A stretch of 64,000 nucleotides of DNA from Anthoceros angustus. Its lineage: Eukaryota; Plantae; Anthocerotophyta. The notes below the pieces were generated by a model. The model was not told where the DNA came from. It saw only the letters and a program-made list of their open reading frames with translations, and did no database searches. Every line of letters starts with the position of its first letter. The first letter of the stretch is position 1. Position numbers and translations under genes: made by a program. Below, piece by piece: positions 20,779 through 31,999 of this stretch. The DNA lies in NCBI GenBank assembly GCA_010909165.1, contig MU008199.1, positions 576,248 through 640,247 of the forward strand. Direction: 5' to 3'.

Positions 20779-22906
20779 TCTGTCGCCTGGGCGAATTGCT
20801 TGGAATGCTCGAAATGGTTTTCCCTGCAAAGTTGCTGGCTTAGGGGGAGCACTCGAAGTACTAGTTGTGCCCACGGAGCCGCTAACAAGCCTGCTTTGCC
20901 TTTGACCTCTTTACGTTGCTTGGAGCCACCTGGTTTGCTTGCTCCGGGAGTTGACATCTTTCCCACATAGAAAAAATTGTGTCCACGTTTTCCTATACTC
21001 TTCCTTGACATCTGGCAATCCTCAATGGTGGGGTCTTGCGGTCAACCATTTTCTGCACAAAATCAGTGTCTTCAGTGTCTCCATCTTCGTCAACCATACC
21101 AAGAAGCCGATAAATATCAAACTTCCACCGCAGTGATGGTTTGGCAGTAGGGTCTGCTCACCGGAGGATTTCAAGCTCGTCATGAATATATCGCACTTGT
21201 TCTATGAAGTTGAGCTTCTTCCTTCTATCTGCAGTGACATTGTGGTCCACTGCCAAGACTCTCATCTCTGCTTCTGTTAAACCCGCATACACATGTGCCT
21301 CCATCCATTGATATTTATCCTCTGCTGGGTGCATCTCGCATAAGGTTTTCATCGCTTGATGACAGTGATTGCCCCCCAGTACTCCGAGTGTGTACCCATT
21401 CTCTCGCAGTCTCTTCTCAGACACCTCTTTTACCTTGTTGCACTCGCTATGGTCTATCATGCATAGTAGGGGCAAAACTCCTTCCTTTACCGTCCCCACT
21501 TGCATCTGCCTCACAAGGGACTTCATCCAGGCCTCATCCACTTTTCGGATTTGAGCATCTGCAGTTAGGAAAGAAGATGGCCGCAATGTTTCCACATGCA
21601 CATCTACAGTGGTGCTAAGGGCCCTCTTCTTGTGTGCAGAGTTCATGATCCTCTGTAAATTGTCCGGTATAGCTTTCTTTGGAGTCTCTCGATTATCATT
21701 GACGCGTTGCGACATCACCAACCAGTATCTTCCCTCGCTTCCCTTTTTTTACATGCACCTGCTCCACATCCGGCCGTCTCTTCCTTTTCACTGGTGTCAA
21801 ATCTGCATGATAGTCAGCAACGAGCTGATTCAACTCTTCCATGTTTTTGGGTTGCCTGCTAGGGCTGAAATCATGCTTGGACTTACCACCTTGCTTGCTC
21901 CTCGTCTTCGATGGAGATTTTGTTATCTTCCTTCTTCTTCCCTCATGCGCCGGTAGGCGGCGCTGCTCTTCTTTCAAGACTCTTCAACTTCTTCGTCCTC
22001 ATCCCCGTCGTCATGACCTAAGGCCTCGTCCAGCTTGCCTGCGATGACCGAGCTTTCTGCCGCGCCGTCTTACATTGATAAAGGCGGGCGGGACCTCATC
22101 CTCTTCAACCTCGGCTTGCATTCTCCTGACCATTATGCCTTCCTCTTCCTCGATTGTGAGAGGCTGCGCAAACTGGACTTGCGCAGAAGATTGCCTTGCC
22201 AAGATGGCAAGGCGCTCGACTCCCGCACGGTTTGATTGGACTCCTTGTGAAACAAACCGTAAAAGAGTTCGATAGAATTGCTCCCCTCCCTGTCATTCAT
22301 CACAACATAAGTTCACACAAACCCTAAAAATTCGAAACATGCATATCAGGTATGGCAACGTAGGCACTTACGTCTTCCAATCGAACGGAAAACCAAAGAG
22401 GGTCTCTAATGTACGCCGGTTCACATCGCCGGAACTGCAGCTTGTTTGCGTCTAGCACAAACATGATATGACTATCTACATCATCAGTGATATGGCGAGG
22501 ATGTAAAGTTACAAAAGTGGAGGAACATTTCGTCATCCACTCCATCCACCGTCACCCACATGATCCACCCTACACGGGCTTTCTCATCCTCGAGATTTCC
22601 TTCATAGCGATTTACCCATAACGCCATAAGTGGATTCCAAGGAGTTGACTCGTCTTCCGGCTCCATGTCTACTGTGACAGACCACTCCTTGTCTATTAAG
22701 GATCGCTTGTTCAAACTTTCTTGCAATCGCCTCACCTTCTGCAATTCTTGGAAGTTGTAAGGATTAGGAAGCGAATCCAATCCAGTTCCACTTCCCCCGG
22801 TACTCCCTCTGCTGGATTCCACTGCATCCCCAATCATGTCCACATTCTGGTGGCTTTTCGATGTGGAAGCACGCACACTTCCATGAGACGAATCTTTCCT
22901 CTGCAA
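20779..22906 (-). pseudogene. Transposon-like gene relic with ParB/Srx-like domain
   Basis: ORF 21158-21721: IRKVDEAWMKSL..LGVLGGNHCHQAM..VYAGL..LAVDHN..LNFIEQVRYIH. The frame reads on through in-frame stops toward ~20780. Upstream acidic/basic linker and an unassigned domain at 22324-22906. Assignment is by motif recollection only. Confidence 0.5.
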
Positions 22907-23985
22907 AATCGCTTGTCTTTGGAATTGGAGGCGGATGGCACTGCCGTGACCTTGGATTTATTCGTTGCGGCCTTTCTTGCTCTTGACTTTGCAGGCTTCA
23001 TTCCTTGTTTTCTTCAACCGTTTGGGCAGCTCCAAAGCCTCAACCACCTCTGTATCTACAGCTTTCTTGCTCCTGCGTCCGCTCGCCATGGAAACTAACG
23101 GCCTTGTTTAGGAAGGGAAAAGAAAGGAAGGTGGCATGCTGTAAGAGTGTCTTGTCTCTTCACCAAAATGAATTGGAGGGAACACTCATTTCAAACACCC
23201 GAATTTCGGGATATTAGGAGCAAACATGTCCTTGTAAAACCAAAATTAGTAATGAAACAACAAACCTTTGAAGGCGGATCAAATTTGAGTGGATCCTGTT
23301 GGCACCAAGAGAATGACAACACGAACTGCCGACATATCTTCCAAATCTGGAATCACTCATTAAGAAATGGGGTTTCCCGCCATACAATTATATCCTCGCG
23401 GTTTCTTTGAATCCACAGTCATCACGAACATGTTGCGTGCTTGGAAAGAGTTCTTACAAAGCATCCACATTCCTCCCACTGTGAACCATTTGGAGGAAGG
23501 AAGACAAATGGAGAAGTCTGCAGAAGAAGTTGGCGATTGATGTGCTGAAAGTAGCGGAGGGAAACGGGTGGAAACGCTGAGCCATTATGTTGTGATGGAT
23601 GATGTCTTCATTTCTTTGACACTCCGGACGTCCTTGTTTACAGAGGCGAGATGGTGACCAAAGTGGTCCTCAAGAAGTGACCGAAGATGAAAGTGATGAA
23701 GGTGAGGCCATTGCATCCAACAACGCAAATACGACTTCACATCGCTTAAAGTCGTGTAATATGTTTCATGTCATGGATCAGAGGCTGTGAACTGAGGTCT
23801 CATGGATCTCCAATCTTCCAAAATTAATGATGTCTCCAAGAGCGCCTTTTGATGCCATTCACGGTCCAGCACCAAGAGTATTGCCACCATACGTTCCCGA
23901 AGTTCAAAAGACCACGCCGCTGGGAATGTGAAGACGGGAAGAAGAAGAGCCTCGTATCGTATTCAGTGCTTCTCTCGGCGTAAAT

Positions 23986-24440
23986 GTGAATGCAGATGTC
24001 AGGCCCCCCATATCTCGACGACATCTGTTTAAACCTCCGGAGGCACATACAGTTCAGTGTGATGATGATCTTTTCAGCAGTGACTCAGGTGATTTTCAGG
24101 TCGAGCCACCTCGCAGACGGACTTTTAATATGAAGCCAAGATCAGACACATTTATTGAAACGTGGACCCAGCGACAGGAAAAAAAGAAATCCAAGGTGCC
24201 GAAACTCAAATGCTTGGAAAGTCGGGTATCTTGTGATTTCAGAAAGTCGTGTTGTGCTAAATGCTGTTTGCGCCTGCTAGGTAAACTCACCTTCCGAGAC
24301 GTGAGATATCGTTTCCTTCGGATGAGTAGGCGGGAGTAGGAAACGTTTTTGCAATCACTTTTCTTTTCATCGAACCGTATACACGGCGGAGTGAAGGTTG
24401 AGACTTTTGTTGGAAGAAACAAAGTTCATCTTCCAACAAG
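23986..24440 (+). pseudogene. Cys-rich N-terminal segment of a probable DNA transposase (Sola-like), partly duplicated at 25050-25310
   Basis: KCLESRVSCDFRKSCCAKCCLRLLGKLTFRDVRYRFLRMSRRE*ETFLQS; interrupted by copia sequence. Family assignment is inference. Confidence 0.4.
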
Positions 24441-24444
24441 GAAT

Positions 24445-24570
24445 TAATTCGAGACCATCTCGCAATGGAGATCAAAGGAGATGGTCTCCAACTTTGGAGG
24501 AGACCATCTCCTTCAAGGAGACCATCTCAACAAGGAGATGGTCTCCAACTGAGAGACCATCTCGCAATGT
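24445..24570. repeat. Micro-palindrome stutter GGAGACCATCTCC/GGAGATGGTCTCC (second cluster at 25312-25445)
   Basis: The 13-mer or close variants occur about six times per cluster, in mixed orientations, at the copia/transposase junction. Confidence 0.85.
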
Positions 24571-26150
24571 GAGGTTCAAGCGCTCGCCACTCCATTACTG
24601 GCATGGAGTGTATACAACGTGAGTTGGCCCAATGCCTTCGTCTTTGCGAACTGGAATTCATTAGATGTAAATTCCGCCATTATCGGATCTCGGGGTCTTG
24701 AGTCGTTTTCTGTCAACGCCGAATTTGATGTATTCCTTGAAGTAGGAGAAACATTCGCTTTTGTTCTTGAGGATATAGGTGGTGACAACCGCTCTTGTCA
24801 TCGTAACGTTAGAAAATAACGTCCACCTCCTATGGACGCTTGAGATAAGGGTCCACATAGGTCAAGATGTACAAGCTCAAGGAGATCATCGACGATGAGG
24901 TGCTTTGTTCTTGAAGGCGGCTTGGTGTTTCTTCGACAACACACAAGCCTCACATAAAGGTATGGCGCTCAAAGGGCCAATAGGTCCATCTTGATACAAG
25001 TCACTCACCCAATTTTTGCAGCTTTGCCATGTGAGGGTGACCCAACGGGGAAAAAAGAAATCCAAGGTGCAAACTCAAATGCTTGGAAAGTCGGGTATCT
25101 TGTGATTTCGTAAAGTCGTAAATGCTGTTTGCGCCTGCTAGGTAAACTCACCTTCCGAGACGTGAGATATCGTTTCCTTCGGATGAGTAGGCGGGAGTAG
25201 GAAACGTTTTTGCAATCACTTTTCTTTTCATCGAACCGTATACACGGCGGAGTGAAGGTTGAGACTTTTGTTGGAAGAAACAAAGTTCATCTTCCAACAA
25301 GGAATTAATTCCAAAGGAGACCATCTCCTGCAATGGAGATCAAAGGAGATGGTCTCCAACTTTGGAGGAGACCATCTCCTTCAAAGGAGACCATCTCCAA
25401 CAAAAGGAGATGGTCTCCAACTTTGAGGAGACCATCTCCTGCAATGTGAGGTTCAAGCGCTCTGCCACTCCATTACTGGCATGGAGTGTATACAGCAGTG
25501 AGTTGGCCCAATGCCTTCGTCTTTGCGGCTGGAATTCATTAGATGTAAATTCGCCATTATCGGATCTCGGGGTCTTGAGTCGTTTTCTGTCAACGCCGTG
25601 AATTTGATGTATTCCTTGAAGTAGGAGAAACATTCGCTTTTGTTCTTGAGGATATAGGTGGTGACAACCGCTCTTGTCATCTCAGAACGTTAGAAAATAA
25701 CGTCCACCTCCTATGGACGCTTGAGATAAGGGTCCATAGGGTATGTACAAGCTCAAGGAGATCATCAAGACGATGAGGTGCTTTGTTCTTGAAGCGCTTG
25801 GTGTTTCTTCGACAACACACAAGCCTCACATAAAGGTATGGCAGTCAAAGGGCCAATAGGTCCATCTTGATACAAGTCACTCACAGCCAATTTTTGCAGC
25901 TTTGCCATGTGAGGGTGACCCAAGCGTGCATGCCACAACTTAGACTTTGCTGTTTGTTGCGCAGATGCAAGGGAGACGTCTTGTGTCAGGTGGGACTCTG
26001 CTACTCCACTGTGCAAATGGAGATGGAACAGATCGTGGTCCGAAGACCCATGTGCAAGGACCTTTCTAGGGTCAATAGCATCTATGATTGGGTTAAAGCA
26101 CGCTATGGTATACCACAATGTGTGATCAAAAAATAAGTAACCCATGCAAC
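24570..26150 (-). mobile_element. Ty1/copia GAG-pre-integrase/integrase fragments (two tandem copies)
   Basis: LWHARLGHPHMAKLQKL..CEACVLSK; LKTPRSDNG.EFTSNEF; SNGVAERLNLTLQEMVS. Confidence 0.85.
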
Positions 26151-26574
26151 ACTCGAGTCACGGGATCGAGAAGTTAAGTAATCTTTTTTCGGGCATTCCA
26201 ACTTGTGGTTTGGATCACTTTCTTTATTCAAATATGTACATACAATGTCGTCCCGGCATGAAGATGACTAATAGCCCGGTCTTCACGCCCGGAGTAAGGT
26301 AGCTGCGACTCCCCGTCCTTCCGATTATCCCGAGACACACAGATTTTGAAGCGCCCCGCCTTCTCTCGCCTCGCTTGAGCGGCAAAGGGAGGAAGCCCAG
26401 GAGCAAGACAACAAGGTGTGTTTTTTTGGGCTTCTTCTCGCAAGCCATGCCTCTTGTGTGCGTCTAAGTAAGCTCGTTTTCTTTGTAGGAAGCGGCTCAC
26501 CGGTGGCGATGTTGAAGGCGGGAACACCTCCCAGCAATTGGGCTCTTGCTCGGATGCAAGAGGGAGCAGTAGAG

Positions 26575-27960
26575 GAGCCTCGATACATCCGTGTTGAGTT
26601 TTACGCCCGAACTGCGGTTTCGAGTGTGTAGGTTCGAGGGCTGTGCATTTTTTGTGTAGCCCCCCCTAGTGTGTTTGCTTCAGCACTTTTTGTGCGCGGT
26701 TGCGGCGCTTTACAATTGAAGCATGCGGCTGGTTGTTGTGGTGTGGCGACAAGCTTGTTTGCATGTTTGTTGTGGCATGACCGCATAGCTGGAGGGTTGT
26801 TGTGAAGGGTTTTATGTGGTGACGGGCATAGAACTTGTCGAGCAATTGGCAGCCGCGCACGTGCTCGACGTCTCGACGGGGTCCAGCTCGAGCACGCTGC
26901 CGAGAGCGGCGAGCAAGCATGTCGAATCGCCTTGCCGTGGCCACTTGCACGTGCCGAGCACGGCTACTCACCTTGCTCAAGACTTGCACTTGCGAGCAAG
27001 GGATGACTTGTGTTTGAGACTACATGTGTGTGTCGATGACTACTTGTGTGCAATATGTGACTAAGTGTGTGGCTATGGTATGTATATTGGGTGGGATGTC
27101 CGTGGTGTTTTCCGAGCAACGGGTGGAATCCTCATCCACGAAACCGAGGCGAGGAGTCCGGTGAGAGTGCCACGGTGGTGAGGTTGAAGAGTCTCAACCT
27201 AGCAAGGCACGTGGGAGATCTAATAGTAGGAGTGCGCAAAGAAGCAAGAAGGGAGGGAGAGCCTCGATACCATGTCAGTTGAGTTTTACGCCCGGTTTCT
27301 AGGTGTGCAGGTTCTTGTGATGGCTATGCATTTTTGTGTAGCCCCTAGTGTGTTTGCTTCAAGACTTTTGTGTTCGCGCTTTACAATTGAAGCATGCGAT
27401 GGTTGTTGTGGTGTGGCGACAGCTTGTTTGCATGTTTGTTGTGGCATGAGCATATGGAGGGTTGTTGTGAGGGTTTTGTGGTGGCGGGCATGAACTTGAG
27501 CATTAACTGCACGCGTGCTTCGTCTCGGCCGCGGTCCATCGCGCAGCGTCGAGGAGAGCAATCTTGGCTGAAAGCATCTTGAATCGCCTTGCCGTGCTCG
27601 TCACTTGCACGTGCTGAGCACGGCTACCTCACCTTGCTCAGCACTTGCACTTGCTGAGCAAGGGATGACTTGTGTTTGAGACTACATGTGTGTCATGTAC
27701 AGAGGCTGACTACTTGTGTGTGCAGTGCGTGACTAAGTGTGTGGCTATGTTGGGTATGTATATTGGGTGGGATGTCTGTGTGGTGCGTTTCCAGTAGGCA
27801 ACGGGTGGAATCCTCAGTCCACGAAACCGAGAGCGAGGAGTCGGTGAGAGTGCCACGAGTGGTGAGGTTGAAGAGTCTCAACCTAGCAAGGCACAGCGTG
27901 GGAGATCTAATAGTAGGAGTGCGCAAAGAAGCAAGAAGGGGAGGGAGCGGCGAGCTGCTA
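26575..27960 (+). repeat. Tandem duplication (~690-bp units) of unassigned transposon-like sequence
   Basis: 26575-27254 is colinear with 27255-27960. Confidence 0.85.
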
Positions 27961-27999
27961 AGCGAGGAGGAGTAATAGATGCCATCTGGGGATCTCCCA

Positions 28000-30900
28000 A
28001 AAGGCCTCTAACTACCTGGTCGTGGCAGGACGCTGATGGACAGCTACGGTCTGAAGGGTGCAATGTAAGAGACCTGTCTGTCGTAGGGGCCTTGCGAGAT
28101 CGAGTTGGAGGGGCTGACGCAATCCGGTCTTGGTTTGGAGCTCCATGCGAACGAGGGCTACAAGTGGAAGCAAACTGACAGGTTGACCAATGAAGAGTGG
28201 AGGAAGGTGGACGACCTCGTCTATCATATATATGGGGTGAGGCCCTCCATAGATGGCAAAAGGATCCCTCGCCTTATGTGCCTTGGTATTGTAATGGAGA
28301 AGGTGGAAGGCGTTATGGTAGACTGGAACAAGTACAAGATGGCAGTGCAGAAAGGCATTGAGAAGCACGCCAAGACACGGGAGGAGAAAAGGCTGGAGAA
28401 GGTGAAGGCAGCCGGATTGCTTGGAGATGGAGCGTCGCAGCAAGCTGATCTCGTGGTACATGAGGGCACAGCCCCAAGGGAGCAGCTGGGCATGGCTGGT
28501 AAGTACTTACAGCTCATTTTTTGTTGTAGTGGACAAGAGTGGTGCAGTGGCCGCAGTGTTGCCTTTGTGCTTGTGAGATTTGATTTCTAGAGTGCAGCTT
28601 TGGGTACAATCTGTGTCATTCGATCCGCTCCACTGAACAAGTTCTGGCCTGGTCGTCTGCGTGTCACTCGGTCATGCAGTAACACAGGTGTCACTTGGCA
28701 TGCCTTTATGATAGCTTGATGTGCACCAGTCCAGGTTCGGAGACGCCTAAAGCATGCTAGGGTATTACATGGCACATGGCACATGGCACATGGCACATGG
28801 CACGATAGGTGTGGTGTCCTCTACGCTATGCTAGGTGGTGTGAGCATTGTGTCACCCCTAATGACCCCGTGTTGTGTGTGCGGCGTGGAACCTCAACTCG
28901 GTGACGGGCGCAAGAGCTCCCCAGCACCTCGCCGTGGAGCGGAGACGCAATCGCAATTGCTTTGGGTGGGACACTGTCTGCCAATGCCAAAGCAGCAAAA
29001 GCCCTCCTAATTGAGGAGAAGCAACGGCTTGGGGAAGTGGCGTTCGATATTCGGAAAAGTTTACAGGAGATGGAAGAGCTGCATCAAGTTATACAAGATG
29101 CAGTGGAGGATACACCTGATCTTCCTGAGCAGCGTGCGTTGGTGAATCACCTAGGGCAACAACTTCAAGAACTGTATGGTCTAGAGAAGGAGCATTGCCG
29201 GAAGGTGGAGGAGCTAGCCAGAGAGGCTGACATCAAGACATACGAGCACGATAGGCAGGCAAGCATGGTTGACGGCCCGCAATGAGTGCACCGACTAAAG
29301 GCTGGTGGACGGGGCGGAGGTCGAGGCACTGCGGATGGGCTCCGGCACCCTTGGAGGCGGAGTGCCCTAACCATCCCGTTAATGCCATCCAATTTGCTCA
29401 AGGTAGTCTATAATCATTTTTCTTTAAAGATGCCTATCACTTTACTGCAGAACAAGGCTAACGGCTTTTGTCCCTATATTGCAGATACTTTGGCTTCTGT
29501 GAACAAGTGTTGTTGTCTTGTGGGCACATGTACCACGAGCCGTGCTTGTGGCAGCATTTGCAGACAACAAACACTTGTGCCCTCGAAGACTGTGTGCTCG
29601 AAGTTGACCCCCGATGGCTAAAAGCCAAAGGCTGGACAACGCCAAACTCAAGCTGTGAGAATGAAGGGTGGCAAACTGAACTGGTTAAGGAATGGGAGTC
29701 TGATTTCTTCAATCTAGTGAAAGATCCTGACCAGTTCCTCACAGCGTTGGATAAAGTTCAGCGTCGTGTGCGCCAAGACATCCTGCCAACTGCATCTCCA
29801 GGTACCTATGTTTCTGACTTACTGGATTTCGGCCATTGCTGAGGGTGCATTATGCCAGGATTTGACATGATTGTGGCTTTGTGTTGTCTCCTTTGCAGCA
29901 TGCTACGAGAAGCTCCCCCTCCTAAGTAGTGGGTCTCGGCGTGTTCCTGTCAGGAACACGAGTTTATTTAACATGACTCCTTCTCGCGGGCAAGGGTCGT
30001 TGGGATCCATTGCAGGTGTACCAGCGACGGAGGACGGGGGGTTAGGGTTGCTACCCCCCCTTCTGTGAGGAAGCCAGGAGACCGTGCATGTGGAGAGACG
30101 CCACAAGTGGTGGAGCAGCTTGACACGGGGATGCAGATGAGTCGATGTTCTTGAACGGCCCTGACTCCCCTTGCCCCTGGACGTTATGGAGGCTATGGAA
30201 GCACTAGAGGCTGCTGATGCCATGGAAGAACGACAAGTGCGTGGAATGTGTGGAGACATGCCACAGCCGAGCCTCATGGCCCCTCTTTGGAGCATATGTC
30301 ACTTGTTGAGAAGATTGCACTTGTTGAGGTGGGGCTTAGTGTGGTCAACATGCCACCACAGTGCTCCTTTGGTGCCTCCCTGGGTATTAGGGTAGTGGAT
30401 AATGAGGTGACACTAGATGTGGGGTTGGTGCGGATCAAGTGGCACCACTAGATGTGGGGTTGGTGTCGTTTCAAGTGGCACCACTAGATGTGGAGTCAAG
30501 GCCGCTGGAGTTGGTGTCCGATCGGTGCACTAGATGTGGAGTCAAGGCGGAGTTGGTGTCGTTTCAAGTGGCATGGCGGATCTGACTTGAGGTGGCAAAG
30601 GGACACTAGAAATAGACAGTCGTGGATCCGAGCCATCACAAAGAAGGAGAAGAGTAATCAAGTGACTCGGTCGATCTGACCCTTGCGGTCACTCCTCGAT
30701 CAGCCAGACTCTCTGCTGCGTCGGTCCTTTGTGAGCGGAGAGGGAGGACGAACAAGGGGATCAAGCGGAGGCAGATTAAAACAACTAAGCCAAAACGCCC
30801 GGCGAAGGTGGTAGACACATGGACCCAAGTGTGCGGAATTGGAGCCGGGGACAACTACATGGTGGCGGTGAGGCTGAAAATGATGAAAAGTTGACTTCTA

Positions 30901-31197
30901 TGTCTGAAGTGCGTCGGGGAGTTCACAAGCTAGCTGCCTACATCGAGAGGGACGTGTGGAATAGTGACCCTCTTCCCAAGGGCACCGAGGCAACTACTAC
31001 CGGCAAGTGGAGCCGGTATATATGAGCTTTTGAGCAGAAAGCAGGGGCACCGGTTGTCTTGCGTGCAAGCTTGGTGAAAGCGGCGAAGTTCCTCCTCGAG
31101 GAACAAGAGAAGATGGAGCCCAATAAGAACGAGGTGCCATTGTTCGGATGGAATCCGAACAACGGCAATGTTAAAGGCTGCTTGTACAAATCGGCCT
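28000..31197 (+). pseudogene. Transposon cargo gene: N-terminal domain, coiled coil, RING-H2-like finger
   Basis: ORFs 28105-28590, 28962-29285 (coiled coil) and 29468-29842 (C..LSCGHMYHEPCLWQHLQTTNTCALEDC..WLKAKGW). Includes a ~36-bp minisatellite at 30405-30590 and a C-terminal frame at 30819-31197. Exon structure not resolved. Confidence 0.55.
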
Positions 31198-31999
31198 AAG
31201 TAGAGTCGTGTTGTAGATCACGCTACATTTTGTTGGTCATAGCTGCTCACAAACATTGAATCAATGCACCGGTAGTTCTCGGGTTTTGATTGGATCCAAG
31301 AAATTAGATCCAAGTCCAAGTGACACACTTTTGAGTCCTTAGGCAACTAGTGTTGCGGAACTTGCGGAGATTGTCGAAATATAAATCTTGCCACCATTGC
31401 TCGCGGTTTCGCTATGTCTGGCCGCTCTCGGATAGATTGAAAACATAGATACATGTAGAGACCGGTGAAGTTGTGCGATTACATGCGACGCAAATGCGTC
31501 GGTACCACATGGCAAGCTACCATCACGATAGCTTGAGACTCAACCCTCACGAGTCACATGCGGAATGGCCCCCATCGAACGTGGATTTCGGAGGTGTCCG
31601 CGCAGGTGTTCTCGTCAGGAGTCACATCGGGGTCATCCTCCTCCGTCCCGATCGGTGATTACTGCGCTCATGCGCCCAGCGCTGGCGAAGACGCTGAAGT
31701 CCTTGCCGACCTTGCCGGATCACGCTAGCTGCGCACTCACCGCAATTGCGTCCGGCGCTATTTGCTCAAGCGCCCTGCAGGCACTAGGGGATCGACACGA
31801 GGGTGGCGCTGGGCCATCACACCTACCATTGCTGCAACTCTCGGGTCCCCTCTTTCTCTGCCTGCCCTCTCGTCGCCAGCCACTGCGGCCATTGTGGCTC
31901 TTCACACAGCCACGGGACTAAAGACGGGTCTTCTTGAGAGGGGAAGCCCTATAAGCAGTTAATTTCCAAATGGTCCTCTTTTACTAAGACATGGCGGTG

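Noticed and set aside
24445-24570. Golden Gate/BsaI (GGTCTC) cloning artefact
   Set aside because: The motif is the native copia integrase sequence encoding EMVS, and no vector sequence is present.
28765-28803. (ACATGGC)x5 as a regulatory array
   Set aside because: Simple short tandem repeat with no supporting context.
30405-30590. CRISPR-like repeat-spacer array (cactagatgtgg repeats)
   Set aside because: Eukaryotic context, the inter-repeat sequences are themselves related, and no cas genes; it is a minisatellite.
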